NCBI GenBank assembly: GCA_030765365.1
Contig: JAVCCS010000092.1
Span: 1-37,052 of the forward strand
Source of the DNA: Candidatus Theseobacter exili
GTDB taxonomy: Bacteria; Auribacterota; JACPWU01; Theseobacterales; Theseobacteraceae
Direction of reading: 5' to 3'
Length of the DNA stretch: 37,052 bases
A model generated the notes under the pieces. That model was not told where the DNA came from, searched no databases, and saw nothing but the letters and a program-made list of their open reading frames with translations. The position numbers were made by a program, and so were the translations under genes. Positions 29,787 through 37,052 of the stretch are shown one piece after another (within the stretch, counting starts at the first letter, position 1; each line of letters begins with the position of its first letter).

Positions 29787-30398
29787 TCATTCTTTTACAC
29801 GAACAACTCTGTCTTCAACAATAATAGCATTATTTGAAATTAAGCACACTGCTTCAGGGTATGCAATGTGCTCCTGGACCTGAATCCTCTCATGTAGCCT
29901 TTCCGGAGTATCATCCGGTTTGACCATAACTTCACGCTGTATAATAATTGGACCGCAATCCACTCCTTCATCAACAAAATGAACGGTACAACCAGCCACT
30001 TTAACACCATATTCGAGAGCCTGCTTCCATGCTTCAAGACCTTTAAAAGAAGGTAATAATGAAGGATGAATATTAATGATTCTTTTGGGATATTCTCTGA
30101 GAAAAGTGTTTTTGATAATACGCATAAAACCTGCTAAAACGACCAGATCAACATTATGCTTTTTCAGAACATTCACATATGCCTGTTCTACCTCGGGTTC
30201 CAATTTTGTTTTGAACTTTCCAGGAGGGATATACAAAGATTCTATTCCTCTTTCCTTAGCCCTATCAAGGATAAAGGCATTTTCAACATCGGAAATAACA
30301 ACTGAAATTTCAATATCCAGTTGCCCTCTGTTCACAGCATCAGCCAAAGCAACAAAGTTACTGCCTTTACCGGAGCCAATCACTCCTATTTTAAACAC
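29787..30398 (-). CDS. purN: Phosphoribosylglycinamide formyltransferase
   Basis: SGKGSN, LAGFMRI, INIHPSLLPSFKG, GCTVHFVDEGVDCGPII. Confidence 0.98.
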   Translation of the reverse strand: MFKIGVIGSGKGSNFVALADAVNRGQLDIEISVVISDVENAFILDRAKERGIESLYIPPGKFKTKLEPEVEQAYVNVLKKHNVDLVVLAGFMRIIKNTFLREYPKRIINIHPSLLPSFKGLEAWKQALEYGVKVAGCTVHFVDEGVDCGPIIIQREVMVKPDDTPERLHERIQVQEHIAYPEAVCLISNNAIIVEDRVVRVKE

Positions 30399-30562
30399 TT
30401 ACAGCCTCCAATTCTAAAAAAGCTAGCAAAAACTTTTAATTATTAGGTTAGCAAATATTAGATAATATTAATATTAAAATATCTCTGTTCGGAAAGAAAG
30501 ATTAGCTTAATTTTATACCTTTTACCTCTCCACCTTTCTTTCATCAAAATATAAAGGGGGGC

Positions 30563-31132
30563 TTATAAAGGTCTAGATGAAAGAACCTTTTCTACTCTCT
30601 TATCTCTTTTCCACATACCAAGTTTATTTTTTTTAGCCTCGTTTTCCAGCCTTTTAAATTCTGCAGAATATTTGAGATTAGGCTTAATTGTAAGAACGCT
30701 TGCAAATCCCCTTTTAACAAGTTCCCTGTTAACGAATACGTCAGCTACGAACACATGCGCTAAAAGTCTTCCGTATTTGTCTCTTTTCTTAACATCAAAT
30801 TCCAGTCTTACTTTTTTTCCTTTTACCATCCGCATATTTTCATAAAAGGCCTCTTCAGCATAAGGCTCAGGATCTTTAATCCATTGATTTCCATGCCGGC
30901 GACGCTTTTCCGGTGTATCTATACCCAGATACCGGACTCTTTCTCCGCCTTGTATTTTAATTGTATCTCCGTCAACAACCCAGGTCACAAAGTATTCGCC
31001 AGGTTTTGTTTTAACAGGTTTACTTTCTTGCGGAATAGCTATTGTTAATATTCGTCCAGTAGCAAAGACCAAACACAACAATGCTGCAGAACCAACAGCA
31101 AAATATTTCAAACCACGCTTTACTTTTTCCAT
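30563..31132 (-). CDS. Thermonuclease (SNase-like), exported or membrane-anchored
   Basis: N-terminal hydrophobic segment; VVDGDT, VRYLGIDTPE, DKYGRLLA, LVKRGFA, AKKNKLGMW. Confidence 0.95.
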   Translation of the reverse strand: MEKVKRGLKYFAVGSAALLCLVFATGRILTIAIPQESKPVKTKPGEYFVTWVVDGDTIKIQGGERVRYLGIDTPEKRRRHGNQWIKDPEPYAEEAFYENMRMVKGKKVRLEFDVKKRDKYGRLLAHVFVADVFVNRELVKRGFASVLTIKPNLKYSAEFKRLENEAKKNKLGMWKRDKRVEKVLSSRPL

Positions 31133-31184
31133 TTCGTCTTCTCCAATATGTTCTTGTATGTTTTTCCGCTAATTCTCGATTATG

Positions 31185-31213
31185 TTTGCACCTGTAAAGA
31201 AATCAAATATAAT
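31185..31213 (+). promoter_or_regulatory. Putative promoter of ppx
   Basis: TTGCAC, 16 nt spacer, TATAAT; AAGGA RBS before ATG 31236. Confidence 0.55.
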
Positions 31214-31235
31214 TGTACATTCAAAGGATGAATAA

Positions 31236-32159
31236 ATGACTAAAAAAAACTGCTCAATTGATATTGGAACAAATTCTGTAAGATTTCTCGTAACTGAACT
31301 GAAAAATGATCGCCTAATAATTTTGGACAAAGGCGGGCGCATAACACGCTTGGGAGAAGGCGTCAGCGGTACGGGAAACTTAATTCCCGACGCATCAAAA
31401 AGAACTCTGGAATATCTGCGCAGCTTGCGCAACCATATACTGAAATTTGGGGAAATACATATTACCGTTGCCGCAACTGAAGCAGTCAGAATTGCGAAAA
31501 ATGCTTCCCCTTTCCTTGATGAAACCGGAAAGATACTGGAAACCACACCAAAAATCCTATCAGCAGCTGAAGAAGCATATTTATCATTTCTCGGAGCTTC
31601 TGATTGCATGGAAAAATCCGATAAAACGCTTTTTTTTGATCTTGGAGGAGGAAGCACGGAACTGATAGGAGTTTCTGCGGGGACTGTAAAATGGAATAAA
31701 AGTTTAAAAATTGGTTCAGTTACTGCTTTTGAAGATTTTCTAAAGTCTGACCCTCCATCGCCAAATGAGATGAACGCATTAAAGAAACACTCAATTAAAG
31801 TGTTCAAATCAAGTCTGCTTAAAAGCTGGCAGCCGGATTCAGTTATAGGCATTGCCGGAACAGTAACAACACTGGCGGCAATCAGTCTTGGACTTAAACA
31901 ATACAATTCTGACAAGGTTCATAAACATGTCATAACCATAACTGAACTTAAAAGCATTTTTGAAAGGTTATCCGGAATTACCGCAAACGAACGACGGAAT
32001 ATTCCCGGTGTACCTCCCGGCCGTGAAGATATAATTGTGACGGGATGCTTAATCACACTTGAATTACTTAAATTATCAAATGCTAAAAAATTCATTGTTA
32101 GTGACAGAGGGCTGCTTTACGGCCTTGCAAAAGAAGCTTTTAGTTCCAATTCATTCTAA
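31236..32159 (+). CDS. ppx: Ppx/GppA phosphatase (short form without HD domain)
   Basis: IDIGTNSVR, ITRLGEG, ATEAVR, EEAYLSF, DLGGGSTE, GREDII, SDRGLLYG. Confidence 0.93.
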   Translation: MTKKNCSIDIGTNSVRFLVTELKNDRLIILDKGGRITRLGEGVSGTGNLIPDASKRTLEYLRSLRNHILKFGEIHITVAATEAVRIAKNASPFLDETGKILETTPKILSAAEEAYLSFLGASDCMEKSDKTLFFDLGGGSTELIGVSAGTVKWNKSLKIGSVTAFEDFLKSDPPSPNEMNALKKHSIKVFKSSLLKSWQPDSVIGIAGTVTTLAAISLGLKQYNSDKVHKHVITITELKSIFERLSGITANERRNIPGVPPGREDIIVTGCLITLELLKLSNAKKFIVSDRGLLYGLAKEAFSSNSF

Positions 32160-32215
32160 AACTCTACTTTTTTTTAGATTTTTTACTTTTCACCCCTTAT
32201 TGTGCTCCACTGCTC

Positions 32216-32244
32216 TTGCGCTTTTTTGAAATATATGGTATAAG
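32216..32244 (+). promoter_or_regulatory. Putative promoter of the giant ORF
   Basis: TTGCGC, 17 nt spacer, TATAAG with a TGn extension. Confidence 0.4.
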
Positions 32245-32323
32245 TATTATTGCTAATGCGACAGATAGAACTATTAATGTTATAACATTATATTATGTAT
32301 GACCTAAAAAAGATGGATAAACC

Positions 32324-35300
32324 ATGTCTATACATTTTTTTGCTCAAAAAAGGCGAGGCTATATTAATAGTACAGCTTTGCTTATTACTGCAGCCATGGT
32401 ATTCACTCAATGCATAATCCCCTATAAAAGTTTATCGGCATTAACAGGTACTCCCCATGCAAATTCAGCTAAAATTCCAGCGTTTGATCCAGCCTCTATT
32501 CCCGCTGCTTTCTGTCACATCGGTGAACAGTTCGGCAATGACCCTGTCCCATCCTTTTTTCTCATAAAAGACCTTCACTGTCATTTTGAAGCCCAAATGA
32601 ATATTTCCAGGATAATTGATGTAATATCAGGCAAGTACTCCGTTAACCTGGTCTTGGTCGAGGGCGCAACAGGGTTGATAGACACCTCACTGTTTGCCGC
32701 ATTTCCCGACAATAAGGTCAAGCGCCAGGTTGCAAGTGAGTTTGTAAAAAAAGGCCAGGTAACCGGTCCGGAGTTTCTGTCTATTACCCGTGAGAAAGAG
32801 CCTCCGCTTCAACTCTACGGTCTGGAAGACGAATCTGTTTACCTTGATAATCTCAAAGCGTTCAGGAACACGCTAAAAGAACGTGAATCAACGGACCTCA
32901 TTATTGGCCTGATGATGGAAGCGCTTGATAGAATAAAATCAAATTGTTACCCTAAACCACTGCTTAAACTGGACCAGATGATAACTGACCAGGAACTCGG
33001 TCAAATTTCCTTCATCGAGCTATCAAGACATATTATTACCGATGTCGAAAAACTGCTTGGCAGTTCTGCAATAGACACATATCCCAACACAAAAATCCTG
33101 GCTCAATCACTTGAAGAACAGGACCATTTCAATATTGACATGCTGAAAAAGGAACGTACTGCGCTTCTAGAAGAACTCGAACAGTCTCTCGTTAAGGAAG
33201 ACCTTGCAAAGCTTGTTAAACAAAGTCTTGCTTTCCGACTTGGAAGAATAACTGCTGCGGATTTTTTTACAAGTCTTGAGGAAATGATTCCTGATGAAAT
33301 GAAAGACAAGGCAAAAAGAAACAATCCAAATTTATTCAGATATATACTCGTTCTCAGGCTCCAGTCAGAAATAGATAACACATCCCTCATGGATGAAATA
33401 GAAGAGCTGGGTACAAAGCTGAAAAAAGAATTATTCACTTCACCCCTGGAGCACCAGGTTGATGACACTTCTAAAATCATACACGTGCTCAGGAAGCTTT
33501 TTCACCTGGAAGTTAACCGTGATGAATTGTCATTTTTCCAACAAAATGAGTCCAAATTCCAATACCCGGCTCTTAAAGCCATTTTAGATCTACTGGCCAA
33601 AGAAACCGATGCTGAAATCCCTGCCCTTATGAAAGAAAAAGATTTCGCACAAATCGCAGACCGTTCAATAAATTCTGCAACAGGTTTTTACAGCGCAGCC
33701 ATCAGACGTGACAATGTTTTAATTGAAAACGCACTTAGCAAAATGAAAGAAGAAAAGGCTTCTTCTTCAATAATGCTGTCCGGAGGATTTCACACACTTG
33801 GCATTACCCGTATCCTTAGAGAAAAGCAGAAATCCTATGTCGTAATTACTCCTATGATTACTACTGTTTCAGAAAACACTCCTTACCAGGCAATTATGCT
33901 GGACGACCGCCTTGACGCATATATTTCAGGTCAAAACAATGCTCTGGCTTCAATGTCTAACTTCAGCAACTTTTTTTTTAATCAGCTTGTTGCCTTAGAG
34001 ATTCGTGCTGAAATGGCCGACGAAATGGTAAGTGAATATCTTTCCACGCAGGACGATGACGTAGAGGTGCTGTTTAAAAAATGGCAGGCGGACGCTGCTA
34101 AAAAGAAAGTCAGCATGGAAACTCTTGAAGCAATAGACAAACTTCGCCGTGCTGTCACAAAAGCAATTACAGTCCGGGGACCGCCTGCTCTTTCTAACGA
34201 TGTCATTGAAAAACTTGTTGCACCAGGCGGCCTGACAGCAGAAATGACTCTTGCCTACCTTGAGGAAAGTGTTAAGACAAATCCCTCAAAGGAAAACACT
34301 GCTGCTTTACAATTCGCAAAAAGTCTTGTTCCTGAATCTGAGGGAGCAGATCCGGAAGAGGGAAACATTTCAATAGGCACTGTTGAAAATTTTGAAGCAA
34401 ACGTAAACATTGAATCGCATCTAGACCTATTCGATAAGGTGGTTGGTCAATATCACAATAATCCAGAAAATAATCCAACTAATATTGTAGAAATCAAAGA
34501 CGCAGACGGACGTGTACTTCTGCAGGAAAACAACGGAGCAATTGCACTGTACGGAAAGGCAATCATTGGCTCTGCTAAAGGACAAAGCAAAAATTATAAA
34601 GCTTTTCATGATCGCAATATTAAATTCATAAGAGCTAACCTATCACCTGAAGCTCAAAATTTCCTGCGTGAACTTGCGGCCATGGAAACTGAATTAGAAG
34701 CTGACGCCAGGAAAAAAACCGGTGCAAAATTGACTTATTTAGAACGAGACCGATTGTTTAGAGCACTAAACAGTGCCCGTTTTGTTATTCTTAAGGCCCC
34801 ATCAACTATATTAACTACCGAAGTGTCAGAAGATAATCCAATTTGCCAAGCTTATCTTCATTCAGGCAAAGGAACTCCTGCTTCAAAAAACACTCCAAGC
34901 ATTTATTCCACAGGAATGGTTATCGGCGCCCTTTCCCGGGAACGGTCTGCCTTTACAAATGCAATGGTTCATGAGCTTTGGCACCTGGCAGACCTGTCTG
35001 AAGGAAAGCCTTTAACTGCCGAAAAAGAAAAGGAAGCCAGAGCTGTCGCAAGAAAATTCACACCGGGTGATTCTTCAAAAAACATACAAGCTGGAGAGCC
35101 TCTGCTAGACCATATTTTATCAGACATAATGCTTGAAACCCTCGCCGCAAGCCTCCCTTTCGACTCTCGCAAGGCTTTTGGCGACAGAGTTAAATCTCTG
35201 CGCAGAATGGGGAAAGCATATACACTGGATACAATAAGGAACTTAAGTGCTGAAAATCCTGAAGAACTTGTTGCATTTGCAGAAATGATTCGTGATGTAC

Positions 35301-37052
35301 CAGATACTTTACCGGTACCGGCTATTTTTGAACTTCCTGATGTGGATAATAAAATCTACTTTCCCGAATTTGTCGGTGAGTTTGGTGAGTTTATCGCAAC
35401 CTTTCTTGAAGAACATAAATTTGTTGTTGACGGTCAACCTCTACAGCCGGAAGATTCAAAAATTTTGAAAACTATTATCATAGATATAATAAAGGCAGGA
35501 GGAAGAAATTTCGGGTGGAACAGGCTTTCAATAGTACGGCTTGTTCAGCTAATGTACGATCCAAGAATAAATCCTGTTGTTGTAGACCTCATCAAGCTAT
35601 ACAAAGGTGTAGGCGGTGTTGGTTTTGTAGTTGAGGGAATAGATACAACAAAAAAGGCTACCCGTGCAGAATATGCAAAACACCTAAAAGAAACACGGGG
35701 ACGCCTTGCTGAACTTTTTCATGCCTTGTCTCTTCAGGTCGGACATTCGACACCGCTGGAGATTGCTTCTTTAAGCCTCACTGTCCGTGAGGTAGACAAA
35801 TCCAGCGCTGAACATAGAAAGGCGCGTGCTGAAATAGACGCTCTTTTTGAATCAATTCCTGAGGATTCACCCGCAAAACCATTATTAAGCGAATTTAAGG
35901 ACTGGTACAGTTATCAGAATGTTGATAGAGAAGGCGGCATAGTTGCATGGATGAAAAAAGAAGCCAAAAAGAAACTGGTGCAACTTGCAAACAGCAGATG
36001 GCGAGGACGCTGGCCGTCGGCACTCAGCGCAGTTCCCAGCGGAACATTCAGCCAGATGTGGGATAAAGACTTAACTTTCGCCTTTACAATTCCGCATCAG
36101 CTCATGGAAGCATGGGTACAGCACATGCATCAACAGGAACTTGGGGATGTCAGGAGAGAAGCAGGAAGGCAGGCCAAGACCAAAGTATCAGACATTAAAA
36201 GGGCGGTTAGCAGGGAAGCCCAGCTGGAAGCCAGGCGCAGAATAAATAAGGAAGGCCTTACCACCCCGTTCCAGAATTTAAAAGAACAAATATTTCAAGA
36301 GAAAATGAAAGAAAAAGCTCTAGATATCGTTACAGAAGAAAATGCGGAAAGAAAGATAATCAGCGGCACTTCAACCCCTGAAGCAGAACTTGTCCTGCAT
36401 TATTTTGATGAAATAAACATGGGCCTTTACCAGAATTTCTTCAATAAGCAGGTAGAGTATTATGAATCAAGAATTAGAAGGGCTCTTGAAGCTGACCAGG
36501 ACCTGGCAGGTCTTTCCCTGGAAAAATTTAAGATTTTTTTAGTTGATTTTGGCGAAGAACGACTTGTTCTTGATCATGACGCCCGATTCTCTGACCCTAA
36601 TAGAGAATGGACACGCAGAACACTTGCTGCAAATCCGTTTAACCGCAGCAATTTACCTGAAAATATTAAAGAAGCACTGCCGCAAACCACTGAATCGGAT
36701 GCGGCTTTAGTCAATCTTCGCAGTCTTGTATCGGGCGATGATACTTTACAGAATGCAATGGCAAAAGTTGAAGATGATATGGAAACAGCAAAAGATGAAT
36801 TTCAGAAAAGCATCCTGGATTACCTTGGATTAACCATTGATGACTCTGAACTTATGACCAGAACAAAAGATGGCGAAAGTGTTGGATGCGGTTTTTCATT
36901 GCGCGACCTGTTTTTCCTCAGGTTTAAAAATCAGCGCTCTATAATACTTGAAGAGGCAAGAAAATCTGGAACAGCTGTTTTGCAGGAAGCAATAAACAAG
37001 TCCGCCAGTCGTATAATAACCAGGATTGCTTCACAGCAGGACAACCCGGATC
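32324..37052 (+). CDS. Very large exported multidomain protein (>1576 aa, runs off the window end); not in the ORF track
   Basis: Frame read manually from ATG 32324 to the window end with no stop codon. Starts MSIHFFAQKRRGYINSTALLITAAMVFTQCII. Motifs: IKDLHCHFEAQMNI, VLVEGA, TGPEF, LYGLED, AIRRDNVL, GGFHTLG, SYVVITP, HELWH. Confidence 0.93.
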   Translation, partial: MSIHFFAQKRRGYINSTALLITAAMVFTQCIIPYKSLSALTGTPHANSAKIPAFDPASIPAAFCHIGEQFGNDPVPSFFLIKDLHCHFEAQMNISRIIDVISGKYSVNLVLVEGATGLIDTSLFAAFPDNKVKRQVASEFVKKGQVTGPEFLSITREKEPPLQLYGLEDESVYLDNLKAFRNTLKERESTDLIIGLMMEALDRIKSNCYPKPLLKLDQMITDQELGQISFIELSRHIITDVEKLLGSSAIDTYPNTKILAQSLEEQDHFNIDMLKKERTALLEELEQSLVKEDLAKLVKQSLAFRLGRITAADFFTSLEEMIPDEMKDKAKRNNPNLFRYILVLRLQSEIDNTSLMDEIEELGTKLKKELFTSPLEHQVDDTSKIIHVLRKLFHLEVNRDELSFFQQNESKFQYPALKAILDLLAKETDAEIPALMKEKDFAQIADRSINSATGFYSAAIRRDNVLIENALSKMKEEKASSSIMLSGGFHTLGITRILREKQKSYVVITPMITTVSENTPYQAIMLDDRLDAYISGQNNALASMSNFSNFFFNQLVALEIRAEMADEMVSEYLSTQDDDVEVLFKKWQADAAKKKVSMETLEAIDKLRRAVTKAITVRGPPALSNDVIEKLVAPGGLTAEMTLAYLEESVKTNPSKENTAALQFAKSLVPESEGADPEEGNISIGTVENFEANVNIESHLDLFDKVVGQYHNNPENNPTNIVEIKDADGRVLLQENNGAIALYGKAIIGSAKGQSKNYKAFHDRNIKFIRANLSPEAQNFLRELAAMETELEADARKKTGAKLTYLERDRLFRALNSARFVILKAPSTILTTEVSEDNPICQAYLHSGKGTPASKNTPSIYSTGMVIGALSRERSAFTNAMVHELWHLADLSEGKPLTAEKEKEARAVARKFTPGDSSKNIQAGEPLLDHILSDIMLETLAASLPFDSRKAFGDRVKSLRRMGKAYTLDTIRNLSAENPEELVAFAEMIRDVPDTLPVPAIFELPDVDNKIYFPEFVGEFGEFIATFLEEHKFVVDGQPLQPEDSKILKTIIIDIIKAGGRNFGWNRLSIVRLVQLMYDPRINPVVVDLIKLYKGVGGVGFVVEGIDTTKKATRAEYAKHLKETRGRLAELFHALSLQVGHSTPLEIASLSLTVREVDKSSAEHRKARAEIDALFESIPEDSPAKPLLSEFKDWYSYQNVDREGGIVAWMKKEAKKKLVQLANSRWRGRWPSALSAVPSGTFSQMWDKDLTFAFTIPHQLMEAWVQHMHQQELGDVRREAGRQAKTKVSDIKRAVSREAQLEARRRINKEGLTTPFQNLKEQIFQEKMKEKALDIVTEENAERKIISGTSTPEAELVLHYFDEINMGLYQNFFNKQVEYYESRIRRALEADQDLAGLSLEKFKIFLVDFGEERLVLDHDARFSDPNREWTRRTLAANPFNRSNLPENIKEALPQTTESDAALVNLRSLVSGDDTLQNAMAKVEDDMETAKDEFQKSILDYLGLTIDDSELMTRTKDGESVGCGFSLRDLFFLRFKNQRSIILEEARKSGTAVLQEAINKSASRIITRIASQQDNPD

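Noticed and set aside
31169-31915. 248-aa minus-strand ORF
   Set aside because: Antisense shadow of the well-conserved ppx gene; no recognisable motifs.
32345-32365. KRRGYI as a Tat signal
   Set aside because: Poor match to (S/T)RRxFLK, and a folded protein of this size is an unlikely Tat substrate; Sec is more plausible.
33103-35172. Five short minus-strand ORFs in the track
   Set aside because: All are antisense to the continuous giant ORF.

Overview
AT-rich chromosomal window from a diderm (LPS-making) bacterium. Gene content and order suggest a PVC-related candidate lineage, which is inference only. About 30 kb is core housekeeping on the minus strand: purN; hisG-bS22-TPR-ispE-spoVG; tRNA-Gln; glmU-prs-rplY-pth-rpsF-ssb-rpsR-rplI-dnaB-bamA-skp-lpxD-lpxC-fabZ-lpxA-lpxI-gnnA-like-lpxB-msbA-DUF374; rpsB-tsf-pyrH-frr-tRNA-Lys-tRNA-Glu; waaF. 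Five things stand out. (i) A HUH/Y1 (RAYT-like) transposase sits between perfect 24-bp inverted repeats that supply the waaF stop codon, the transposase stop codon and the start codon of a secreted peptidase. (ii) An ORF absent from the ORF track runs from 32324 off the window end (>1576 aa), with a signal peptide, a split TraB/TIKI/ChaN-like domain and an HExxH motif, resembling the giant proteins of Omnitrophota-like bacteria. (iii) hisG has an in-frame amber codon at a normally Trp position. (iv) A 29-aa bS22-type ribosomal protein gene was missed by the track. (v) uS2, bS6, SSB and SpoVG carry recent tandem-repeat expansions in their C-terminal tails.
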